The notes under the pieces: model-generated
What the model saw: only the letters and a program-made list of their open reading frames with translations
What the model was told of the DNA's origin: nothing
Databases searched by the model: none
Program-made: the position numbers and the translations under genes
Part shown: in pieces, positions 1 to 8,277 of the stretch
Numbering within the stretch: the first letter of the stretch is position 1
How the letters are laid out: each line of letters opens with the position of its first letter
Assembly: GCA_963794325.1 (NCBI GenBank)
Contig: CAWCDG010000004.1
Coordinates: 1-64,000 of the forward strand
Reading direction: 5' to 3'
DNA length: 64,000 nucleotides
DNA from: an uncultured delta proteobacterium
GTDB taxonomy: Bacteria; Desulfobacterota; Binatia; Binatales; Binataceae

Positions 1-355
1 CCTCGGCTCAGTCCCGATCAACGCCGACGCGGCGGTGATCGCGCTAGTGGACCAGCCGCTGGTCGGGCCCGGTTCGGTGCGGCGGCTGATCGCCGCCTAC
101 CGGGCGGTACCGCGTCGCCGTAGCGGCCTCCACGGCAGGCCGCGTAACCCGGTCCTGCTCGCCCGGGAGCACTGGCCAGCGGCCATCGCTCTGGCCGTCG
201 GCGACGTCGGGGCTCGGCCGTTCCTGCGCGCCCATCCGGACCTGGTGACCTCGGTGGAGTGCGCGGACACCCGCCGGCCCGATGACGTCAACACCCCGGA
301 AGACTTGGCCCGCATCGCCGGGATCCTCGCGGCTGCCGAGCCGACCGCGAGCTGA
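1..355 (+). CDS. MocA/MobA-family nucleotidyltransferase, C-terminal part (5' end outside window; contains probable indel errors)
   Basis: Motifs ALVDQP, NPVL, GDVGAR and DDVNTPEDL match the molybdenum-cofactor cytidylyltransferase-like family. Confidence 0.7.
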   Translation, partial: LGSVPINADAAVIALVDQPLVGPGSVRRLIAAYRAVPRRRSGLHGRPRNPVLLAREHWPAAIALAVGDVGARPFLRAHPDLVTSVECADTRRPDDVNTPEDLARIAGILAAAEPTAS

Positions 356-369
356 TCCTCAGCGTGCCT

Positions 370-1285
370 TCAGCCAGCCACGCACACCTCGATGCCCCAG
401 GTGTGCGTCACGCTGTCGCCCGGCTCCAGCAGGAGAAGGTCCACACCCGAGTTGAAGGCGTTGGGGGGCAGGTCATCGGCTCTACGGCCAGGGCCCAGCG
501 GCGGTCCGGCGGGTCCGGCGTGTCGCCGGTGAACACCTGGAGCCACTGGTAGCCGGGGCCGACCCAGAGTGCCACCTGTTCCCTCCGCCGGTGAGCCGCG
601 CCCAGGCCCGGCCGCCAGCGTCGCGGGCCAGGCCGGTGAGCGTGTGATCGAGGCGCGTCGCGGCGATCGGCCGGGATTCGCGGAAGTCGTACGGGGTGCC
701 TGCTACGTCCTGCACGGATCCGGACGGGATGCCCCGCTCGTCGGCGGGCAGCCACAGCCCGCCGGGCAGCGTCAACTCGCAGTCATCGATGGCGGGCGTG
801 CCCGCGGCCAGGTACGGGTGCGACCCGGTGCCGTACGGCGCGGGCGTGGAACCGGCGTTTCCGCGGTGATGCTGACCTGCAGGCCGCTGCTGGCGGCGAG
901 CCGGTACTCCGCCTCGATATCCAGGCAGAACGGATAGCCCTGCTGGCCGAGCAGGATGTGGTGCAGGAGCCGGCCTCCGAGCTGCGGGCCACGACCTCCC
1001 AGCCGTCCCACCGGGTCAGCCCGTGAATGGCGTTGAGGTTGGCAGGCTCGCTCAGGTCCAGCTGGTGCTGGGCGCCATTGATGGTGTAGCGGCCGCCATC
1101 GACGCGGTTCGGCCACGGAGCGAGGAGCTGGCCGGAGGCACCTGGCGGCAGCACATCTGGGCCGTACTCGCCGATGACCGGCCGGCCAAGGTAATGCAGC
1201 ACCCGCAGCCCCGCGCCAAGTTCGGTAACCGTGGCCCGGTAGTCCCCGCTAAGATCTCGTGCTGTGTGCCGGTGAGCGGAACCAT
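370..1285 (-). pseudogene. Aldose 1-epimerase family protein, multiply frameshifted (sequence error or pseudogene)
   Basis: Pieces in different frames: MVPLTGTQHEI, GQLLAPWPNRVDGGRY, NAIHGL, GYPFCLD, PYDFRESRPI..LDH, WLQVFTGD, LAVEPMTCPP, THTWGIEV-stop at 370-372. Confidence 0.8.
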
Positions 1286-1579
1286 AATCAGCTTGCCTAT
1301 GTCTCCCGTCTCATCCGCCCCGGCGCTGTGCCGGTGACGTCGCAGCGATTGTGTCATTGCCACCGGAGCACAGTGCCGGCGGGGCTGCTTGGGGAGCGGG
1401 GGACCGTCAGCCCCGCCGGCTATTGCACCATAGCCGCCCGGGCGGCCCATCCGGGCGAAGTTCCTCAAGCCGCAAGGAGTCCACAAGATCTGTCCGCAGC
1501 TGTTCACCTGATCTATCCGGGGGGTCATCTTCCCTCGCCGGCCTCGCCAGCTTGTCACCCAGGCCGGTCCCCGTGCAGC

Positions 1580-1613
1580 CAGCCGGGGGGCGCAGCCGGG
1601 GGGCGCAGCCGGG
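1580..1613 (+). repeat. 13-bp tandem repeat CAGCCGGGGGGCG x2.6
   Basis: Direct reading; intergenic, upstream of the MerR-like gene. Confidence 0.85.
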
Positions 1614-1686
1614 AATCACCACTGGTGATTGAGCGCCTACTCTTCGTAGCTATTTCCCGGTAACCTAGGGCATCGGGGGTATTTGC

Positions 1687-2708
1687 ATGGCAGATGAGTC
1701 CGCGCTGACCACGGATGTGGTGGCAAGCCGCCTCGGCCTGGCTCCGTCGAAGCTGAGCTGGTGGCGTCAGCGCTACGGCGCCGCGATAGGGCAGAACAGC
1801 GTGGACGGCCACGTGCTCTACACGGTCGACGAAGTCGCGTACCTGACACAGATGCGAAGCCTCATCGCGGCCGGTACGCCGCCCCGCGAGGCTGCCCGGA
1901 TGGTCCTCGCCGAACAGGCAGCCGAGCCCGCCGGCCCCGGTGGCCGATCGGCGGTTCCCGCCGCTCGTCCTCGCCCGGCTATGCCTCAGTGGCGCGGGAC
2001 CTGGACATCCCGGGCGCCTCGGCCGCCGTGCGCGAGCTGGCTGACGCGGCGATGGCCCTGGACGCTCACCTGATCGTGGAGATCATCCGCGTGGCCGTGG
2101 CCTGCGACGGCGTGATCGGGACCTGGGAGGATCTCCTTATGCCGCTGGTAACGGGCATCAGCGACCAGCAGGGCAGGTCGGGGAGCCTCATCGATGTCGA
2201 GCACGTCCTGGTCACGGCCGCGTGCGATGTCCTGGCTGAAGCTTCGGCGGCGCTGTCCCGGCCAGCTCAGCACCCACCGGTGCTCCTGTCCTGCGCCGAG
2301 GACGAGCAGCACACCATGTCCCTGCATGGGCTGGCGGCTGCCTTGGCCGAGGAGGGGGTCGCCACCAGGATGCTCGGCGCCAGGGTGCCTCGGCACGCAC
2401 TCGCCGAGGCGATCTGGCGCAGCGATCCAGCCGTGGTCTTCCTCTGGTCGCAGACCCCAGCCACGGGCGATCCTGCTCCCGTTGCTGACCTCCGGAATCA
2501 TCCCAGCCACCCCAGGATCTTGGTGGGTGGCCCTGGGTGGGACGATGAGCTGATTCCGGACGCCGTCCAGTTCCTGCCCAACCTGCCCGCGGCCGTGTCC
2601 GAGGTGGTGGCGGCCCTGGGCCTGGGCTCCCCGGCGAAGCAGCCAGCCCAGCCGTCGCGTGCCCGGCCCGTCATCCATGGCCCGCCTCAAGAGCTACGCC
2701 TCAAGTAG
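1687..2708 (+). pseudogene. MerR-family HTH plus cobalamin-binding domain regulator (CarH/LitR-like), one frameshift near 1970
   Basis: HTH in ORF 1687-2073 (VASRLGLAPSKLSWWRQRYG). ORF 1761-2708 has IDVEH, LLSCAEDEQH, LGARVP, VFLWSQ, ILVGGPGW typical of B12-binding domains. Confidence 0.75.
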
Positions 2709-2723
2709 CTACGTACGACGTAG
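2709..2723. promoter_or_regulatory. Palindrome CTACGT-ACG-ACGTAG, candidate PadR autoregulatory operator
   Basis: Inverted repeat ending 12 nt before the PadR ATG (2736); function inferred from position only. Confidence 0.4.
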
Positions 2724-2735
2724 TACTCTTGAGGA

Positions 2736-3069
2736 ATGGCGCTCAGCCGTCAACGGATCGGCCTGCGGCGGCCGAACGACCCGCCCGTCTTGATCCTGAC
2801 CAGCCCGCCGGCCCTAAGCACGGGTATGCCCTCGCCAAGGACATCGAGGACTTCGCCGGAGTGGCCCTGGGTCCAGGTGCCCTGTACGGCGCCATCACCC
2901 GTCTTGAGAGGCGTGGTCTTATCGAGCCCCTCGGAATGAGGAAAGGCGGCGTCCCTATCAGATCACCGCCGCTGGCTCGGCCGCCCTCGCCGATGCGGTC
3001 GGCGCCATGCGGCGGATCGCCGATGTGGGAGCGACGCGCCTCGGGATGATCGCGGGACACGTCCGGTGA
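2736..3069 (+). pseudogene. PadR-family transcriptional regulator, frameshifted
   Basis: PPVLILTS / GPKHGYAL..LGPGALYGAITRLERRGLI / RRRPYQITAAG spread over three frames. Confidence 0.8.
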
Positions 3070-4154
3070 GTGCGCGCCGACCTGGGAACGGGGTGGGATC
3101 GTGATCACCGGGGGGCATCCCCGGAGCCCGCATACGTCCTGGCTGTCGGTGATCCGGGGCGGCCTGCCATTGGGCGGGCCGTCTTTGACACGCTGCTGGT
3201 CGCGGCCGTTTTCTCGGTCCTCACCGGCCCGTTCAAACAAATCGCGGCACTCTACGATCACGCGCCCTGGCTGAACGACCCGTTCGACACGGTTGTGTCT
3301 TTCGCAATGTTCTTCGTGCCGCTTATCGCCGCCTGCTGCATGGCACGGTTGGTTGTGCCGGCGCTCCGGCCATTGCCCTTCGCCCGGGTGCGGGACCTGC
3401 TACGCGGGTGCCGGGTCGTGCTCGGCGCGGCGGCGATTACGCTGCTGACCGAATGGGCCAGCATCGCCATCGGGGCTAACCGGGCCCAATGGAACAGGGC
3501 AACCTGGCTGCAAGTCGCCCTTCTCGCGCTGATGACTGCGCTGGCCGTCAGGGCCATCATCGATCTGCGCCGGGTCCCGGCCCTGTCTGGCCCGAAGAGG
3601 GCAGATGCGAGACCGGCTGCCGACTTGCTCACCGACGTAGTCACCATCGCCATGCTGCAGAGCCACTGGCTCGGCCCCTGCATGGCCCGGCGCTCAGCGC
3701 GCTGAGCTGGGCCGAACGGCACCTGCTGAGCGTCCTGCGCCGCCACCCGTTGTGGGCTGCGGCGATTACCGCCGCGGCGTTCGGCGCGGCGGTTGGCGGG
3801 GCCCAGGCGATCAGCGAAGGTTACATCGCGCTGGCCACACTGCTGGTAGTTACCTTGCTGAGCTGCGGCATGTTCGCCTTCCTGGTGGGTGCAGGGTCCT
3901 ACATCGGACTCATCCGGAGCAGCATGGCGCTGCACGGCGTCAGGCGCCGCGCGCTCGACGCGGGCGTCTTCGCATGCGTCGGCGTGCTCGTCGTCCTGGC
4001 ATTCCGGAACTCGCTGTGGTGGGTCGTCGGTAGCCGCGCAGATGTAGCCGGAATCCCGCAGGCTTACGCATTGCTCGGTCTTTCCGCGCCCGCGTTTTTG
4101 CCGTGTGTTCGCACTGGAGTCGCTGCTGCGCTCCCATTCAGAGCCGCGCGGTGA
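3070..4154 (+). pseudogene. Polytopic membrane protein of unknown function, frameshifted
   Basis: Hydrophobic helices continue from ORF 3070-3705 into ORF 3489-4154 (frame switch ~3680); PadR plus membrane protein is a common pairing. Confidence 0.6.
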
Positions 4155-4169
4155 TCGTGCACGGGCGGC

Positions 4170-4278
4170 CTAGTGTCACGTAATGGTTTGAGCTTTACAG
4201 CGTGCGCGGCATCACCGCAGGTAAGCCCTCGATCACCTTGATCTTGGGAGTAAGCGAGGCTGCATTACGCGACACTAG
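4170..4278. mobile_element. MITE-like element with 16-bp terminal inverted repeats bounded by CTAG
   Basis: CTAGTGTCACGTAATG (4170-4185) vs CATTACGCGACACTAG (4263-4278): 15/16 inverted match; no ORF; lies between convergent genes. Confidence 0.65.
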
Positions 4279-4295
4279 CGGCTTGATGGGGCACC

Positions 4296-4457
4296 CTAAT
4301 CGGGCGGCGGGACCAGGGATCCGTTCCGCACGGCCTCCGCGGCGAGCACCCCGAACAGGTAGAAGTACGCCGCCTCCTCATCGTCGAAAGTGCGCACCTC
4401 GTGCCGGGCACCGTCTGACGCGCTGAACACCTCGAAGCCGTCGGGGATCCGGATCAT
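4296..4457 (-). CDS. 3' fragment of a small hypothetical protein, cut at the junction with mutL
   Basis: IRIPDGFEVFSASDGARHEVRTFDDEEAAYFYLFGVLAAE reads as natural protein; upstream sequence becomes out-of-frame mutL. Confidence 0.5.
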   Translation of the reverse strand: MIRIPDGFEVFSASDGARHEVRTFDDEEAAYFYLFGVLAAEAVRNGSLVPPPD

Positions 4458-5082
4458 CGAGCACCGAGTTGGCGCGCGGCAGATCGAAAACGACGCGGCC
4501 GTCGGCGGACAGGCGGAATGCGATGTGATGATTGGCGAGCGCGACGCGCTGGAACGACTCCGCGATCGCACCCTGCTCGGTCGCGAGCGTCTTCAGAAAC
4601 TTGAGGCGCACCGGGGTATTGAAGAAAAGCTCGCGAACTTCGATTCGGGTGCCCGCGGCAATCGCGCAGGTGCGGGTGTCCTCGATGTTGCCGGCTTCGG
4701 CTGCGACCTCGACCCCGTGATCGTCGGCACTGCGGCGGGTTTGCATCCGCAGATGCGAGACGCTGGCAATCGAGGCGAGCGCCTCGCCGCGAAACCCGAG
4801 CGTGCGAATCGCGGTCAGGTCGGAAGCGCTGCGAATCTTCGAAGTGGCATGGCGGCGCAGCGAGAGGATCGCGTCGGCGCGGGTCATACCGGAGCCGTCG
4901 TCGGCGACTGCGATCAGCGCGGATCCGCCGCCGAGAATCTCGACACTGACCGAGCGCGCGCCCGCATCGAGCGAGTTCTCGACGAGCTCTTTTACCGCGG
5001 AGGCCGGCCGCTCGACGACTTCGCCGGCCGCGATCTGGCTGGCGACTTGCTCGGGCAATATGTGGACGATGTGGTCGGACAT
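4458..5082 (-). pseudogene. mutL: DNA mismatch repair protein MutL, N-terminal ~208 codons only
   Basis: QIAAGEVVERPASAVKELVENSLDAG, DDGSGM, RHATSKI, TLGFRGEALASI, LFFNTPVRLKFLK; similarity stops abruptly after RANSVL. Confidence 0.95.
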
Positions 5083-5258
5083 TTTTACCGGACGACTTAA
5101 CTGGGTATTGTAGCTTTCGCACCGGATAACTGGATACTCAAGCATCGCGGAATCGCGGCGTCAGGAGCAGGGGGATTGAATTGCACGGGTTGAAGATCGC
5201 GGCGGGTTTTGAAAAGCTCTCGGCGCGGCAAATTCGCGGTTTCGGTATCACTCAAGCG

Positions 5259-6491
5259 ATGAGAAAAATTACGGTAATGCTGATCGGCGCGGCAATCATG
5301 GTGGCCGCGGCTGCGGCGGGGGCGTCTGCGGAGATCAAGATCGGAGTCGGCGTGATTGGGCCGATCTCGCCGCAGACCGAGGCCGATATCGATCAGATTG
5401 TGGGCAAGCTGCCCAACGTGAAAGTGGTGCCGATTCAGCCGCCGGGGGGCGTCGATAAGTGCGTCAAGCGATTCGTCGCGGGCGACCCGGACGATCGGCT
5501 CGACGCGGTGATGATCGTGAGTCTGCCGACCGAGTCGTTTCAATCATCGCGCGACTCGAACGAGGCCAAGTTTACCGGCGCTTATGAAATCTGGACGCTC
5601 GATCTCTCGACGCTGGCCGAGGACCGCCATCGATTTACCTTCACCGACAGCGAGCACGTGATCGGCGGCTTGTCCGCGTTCCTGGCGCTGCCAGCGCAGG
5701 CGTTTGCCGAGCGCGCGACGGGCAAGAAACTTATCTCGAGCGATCAATGGCAGGCGTTCGAGGCGGTGCAGACGCGGGTCGAGGCCAAGCTGGTCGCGGC
5801 GACCAAGCTGTATCTCGCGACCGCGTCGATTCGCGATACCACTCCGCTCAATCCGCTGGAAACGGCGAAAGCGCTGCTCGATCGCGGCGACGGCGAGGAC
5901 GCGATGGCGGTGTTCAAGTCAGCGGGAATCAATAATCCCGACGTGCAGCGAATGATCGCAGCCGCGCAGAATCAGTTGAAGCGCAGCGCGGCAAATGCGC
6001 TGCTCGGACGCACGCTCGGAGCGATGGCGGGCGGGAATGCGAGCGAGGCGCGGGTGATTCTGGCCGACTACGAGAAAGCGCCGTCAGCCGAGGCGTCGCG
6101 CGCGGATTCGATTCGGCGGGTGCTGGCGTACGTGCCCGACCGCCACCCGGATTCGAGATATGACGGCGTGATGAAGACCGACGTGCCCGCGCTCGACCAT
6201 CAGGCGTTCGTCGCGATGATCAAGCAGCTCTTCAGCGAGCAGACCGGATCGCTTCCGAACGATGTGATCGTCAGCGCCAAGGACGTCACAATCGAGGACA
6301 AAGAGGCGCCCAAGGGACTGAAGGAACAGCTCGACAGCTATGCGGGAGCGCTCGGGCGCAGCGCATGGTTGATGAGCCTCAAGTGCGGATGCGACGCAAA
6401 TGCGGTGCTGACTTCGGAAGCGGTCGGCGACGCGCTGCTGAAGGCCTCGTATTCACCCTCTTTCACGCGGCCGCACGTCGGGCTACCCTAG
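5259..6491 (+). CDS. Secreted hypothetical protein (~410 aa), helical/TPR-like central region
   Basis: Signal peptide MRKITVMLIGAAIMVAAAAAGASA; long ORF with host-like codon usage. Confidence 0.7.
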   Translation: MRKITVMLIGAAIMVAAAAAGASAEIKIGVGVIGPISPQTEADIDQIVGKLPNVKVVPIQPPGGVDKCVKRFVAGDPDDRLDAVMIVSLPTESFQSSRDSNEAKFTGAYEIWTLDLSTLAEDRHRFTFTDSEHVIGGLSAFLALPAQAFAERATGKKLISSDQWQAFEAVQTRVEAKLVAATKLYLATASIRDTTPLNPLETAKALLDRGDGEDAMAVFKSAGINNPDVQRMIAAAQNQLKRSAANALLGRTLGAMAGGNASEARVILADYEKAPSAEASRADSIRRVLAYVPDRHPDSRYDGVMKTDVPALDHQAFVAMIKQLFSEQTGSLPNDVIVSAKDVTIEDKEAPKGLKEQLDSYAGALGRSAWLMSLKCGCDANAVLTSEAVGDALLKASYSPSFTRPHVGLP

Positions 6492-6536
6492 CAGGTTGTC
6501 CTTGCCCAAGATTTTCAAGGTTCAAACGGAAGACTC

Positions 6537-6725
6537 ATGAGACATTGCGCATACTGCAAAAAGCATCCGTCAGTCGGCAACAACGTCAGTCACGCCAACA
6601 ACAAGACCAAGCGGCGCTGGAATCCCAATCTGCAGGAAGTGCGTGCGGAGATAAACGGGAACGTGCAGCGAATCCTGGTCTGCACGCGATGTATCCGCTC
6701 GGGCAAGGTCAAGAAGAGCGCGTAG
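6537..6725 (+). CDS. rpmB: 50S ribosomal protein L28 (zinc-ribbon form)
   Basis: CAYC...[20 protein letters not shown]...VCTRCIRSG. Confidence 0.97.
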   Translation: MRHCAYCKKHPSVGNNVSHANNKTKRRWNPNLQEVRAEINGNVQRILVCTRCIRSGKVKKSA

Positions 6726-6746
6726 CGCGAATACACTTCATTTAAT

Positions 6747-6769
6747 GTGAAACCCGCGGTGGGTTTCAC
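6747..6769 (+). terminator. Hairpin after rpmB (GTGAAACCC/GGGTTTCAC), possible terminator
   Basis: Perfect 9-bp stem with 5-nt loop; U-tract weak. Confidence 0.45.
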
Positions 6770-6778
6770 GCTTCCTTC

Positions 6779-6800
6779 GGCAGGGGTGACCCCTGCACCC
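6779..6800. repeat. 22-bp REP-like palindrome GGCAGGGGTGACCCCTGCACCC, copy 1
   Basis: Identical copy at 48615-48636; internal hairpin GCAGGGG-TGA-CCCCTGC. Confidence 0.85.
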
Positions 6801-6855
6801 GGTACTAATCGCAAAATGGCGAGGACGCCCTTTTGCTCTCAGGTTCTTGATTTTG

Positions 6856-6929
6856 GTGGCACAGGCTTCAGCCTGTGATTTTCTGGTCCATGTATCGAGG
6901 AAGGAATCACAGGCTGAAGCCTGTGCTAC
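6856..6929. repeat. Inverted REP doublet (REPIN-like), unit GT[G/A]GCACAGGCTTCAGCCTGTGATT
   Basis: Arms 6856-6880 and 6905-6929 match 24/25 in inverted orientation; each is self-palindromic with a GTAG/GTGG 5' tetranucleotide typical of REPs. Confidence 0.85.
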
Positions 6930-6933
6930 GTAC

Positions 6934-7284
6934 TTACAATAACGCTTCGAGTTTTTCCGGGGGACGCGCGATGATTGCGCGCTTGCCGCGAATTACGATT
7001 GGACGCTGCATCAGCTCTGGATACTCGAGCAGGAGCGCGACCACCGTCTTCTTGTCGGCGTAGTCAGCGGGATTAAGGCCGAGTTCCTTGAAGCGTTTGT
7101 CTTTGCGGACCAGGTCGGCGACCGGACCGTCGAGCAGGTCGATGATTTTTTCGAGCCGCTCGCGGGTCGGATGGTCTTTAAGATATTCGATGATGTCGAA
7201 CTCGACATCGCGCGCGCGGAGTATCTCGAGCGCGCCGCGCGAATTGCCTCATCCGGGGTTGTGAAAAAGTGTTATGCGTTCCAT
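6934..7284 (-). CDS. arsC: Arsenate reductase (ArsC, glutaredoxin-type family), probable selenoprotein with Sec at codon 12
   Basis: Manual translation: MERITLFHNPG-TGA-GNSRGALEILRARDVEFDIIEYLKDHPTRERLEKIIDLLDGPVADLVRKDKRFKELGLNPADYADKKTVVALLLEYPELMQRPIVIRGKRAIIARPPEKLEALL. GAGG RBS upstream; 117 codons including stop. Confidence 0.9.
7204..7248 (-). promoter_or_regulatory. Candidate bacterial SECIS element immediately 3' of the arsC UGA
   Basis: mRNA GGCA-AU-UCGCGC-G-GCGCG-CUC-GAG-AUA-CUC-CGCGC-GCGCGA-UGUC folds into a long bulged stem-loop starting at the first base after UGA. Confidence 0.65.
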
Positions 7285-7392
7285 CGTGTCCTCGCCTGAT
7301 TTTTGGAGAGCATAGGCGATGTGCGGGCTTTGATGGAACCCCCGCCAGCGGCTACAATTCACCCGCGCGAAACCTATTGTCATGGAGTCGTT

Positions 7393-7986
7393 GTGAAAAA
7401 CATTTCCAAGCGCAAGTCGAGACGCTTCCTTAGTTTCACGGCGGTTGCTCTATCGGTTGCAGTCGGCGCGGGTCTCGCCCAGATTGCGCGCGCCGCGAAC
7501 GTGAGCGGGACGATGTCGTACCGCGACGGCAAGCCGGCCGACAAGCGCCAGCTCCATTACGAGAATCGGGTGACCAGCGATATCTTCGTCGCGCCGACCA
7601 AACCCGACGGCTCGTTCACGGCGGACCTGCCGCCGGGATTTTACGATCTCCGGGCAGAACGGGGACTGATTCTCGCCAGCAAGATTCGCGTCGATGACAA
7701 GGACGTGAACGTCGGCCATGTCGTCGAGCCTGCACCGCTCGACGTGCGCCGGCCGTTTGAGCGCGAAGGTGTGGCGGAGTCGCTGGTCGAGAGCCCAGCG
7801 CCCGCGACTGCGAACGTGACGACGGGACGTCCGCTCGAAGCGATGAGATATGGGCATGAAGCGGTGGCTCCGTTCGGCGCGCCGGTCGGTACGCCAGCGC
7901 CGGAATCCACCCCGCTCGGAGAGGCTACACCGGTCGCGGCAGCGTCACCGGGAGCGATGGAATCGCCGGGTATGGGTGGCTACTGA
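7393..7986 (+). CDS. Secreted protein with carboxypeptidase-regulatory-like (CnaB-type) beta-sandwich and Pro/Ala/Thr-rich tail
   Basis: GGAG RBS plus GTG; signal peptide with SRRFL and ARA cleavage; VSGT..DGKP...TKPDGSFTADLPPGFYDL pattern. Confidence 0.65.
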   Translation: MKNISKRKSRRFLSFTAVALSVAVGAGLAQIARAANVSGTMSYRDGKPADKRQLHYENRVTSDIFVAPTKPDGSFTADLPPGFYDLRAERGLILASKIRVDDKDVNVGHVVEPAPLDVRRPFEREGVAESLVESPAPATANVTTGRPLEAMRYGHEAVAPFGAPVGTPAPESTPLGEATPVAAASPGAMESPGMGGY

Positions 7987-7991
7987 GAGGA

Positions 7992-8258
7992 CTCCTGTGC
8001 CCTCTCCTTGTCCGAATCCAAGGGAGCTTTGCGTAAATGACGCCGGCCGCAGGAGCGTTCGTCGAGACTCTTCCCCTTCGGCTTCGCTCAGGGCTTCGGC
8101 TCAATCACAGCAGCTTTCGCTCAGAATGACACAAGGAGTCATCCTGTTCTTTGTGTCATCCTGAGCGCAGCGAAGGATCTCGCGCGCAGCGCGTCCCGCT
8201 TCGCGCCACCACTGTGAGGTTATCCAAAGGTCTCTCGGACGAGGAGAGGTGAGGGGAG
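7992..8258. repeat. Nested inverted-repeat cassette between convergent genes
   Basis: Outer IR CCTCTCCTTGTCCGA (8001-8015) / TCGGACGAGGAGAGG (8235-8249), 14/15. Inner IR CGCTCAGAATGACACAAGGA (8118-8137) / TCTTTGTGTCATCCTGAGCG (8148-8167), 18/20. Confidence 0.8.
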
Positions 8259-8277
8259 CCGACTAGCAAAGCGTCGA

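Noticed and set aside
1-4154. Programmed frameshifting or mass pseudogenisation in the left block
   Set aside because: Indels hit every gene regardless of function and without slippery motifs; low-coverage consensus error is simpler
4378-5145. 255-aa ORF as a complete short MutL, or mutL as the target of an excisable island
   Set aside because: The last ~25 residues are read-through into foreign sequence; no integrase, att repeat or mutL 3' half in the window; a chimera explains it better
7011-7208. 65-aa minus-strand ORF from the track
   Set aside because: Out-of-frame shadow of the TGA-containing arsC
6747-8258. CRISPR array or ncRNA gene among the palindromes
   Set aside because: No regularly spaced direct repeats with unique spacers and no cas genes; the repeats are inverted REP-like pairs
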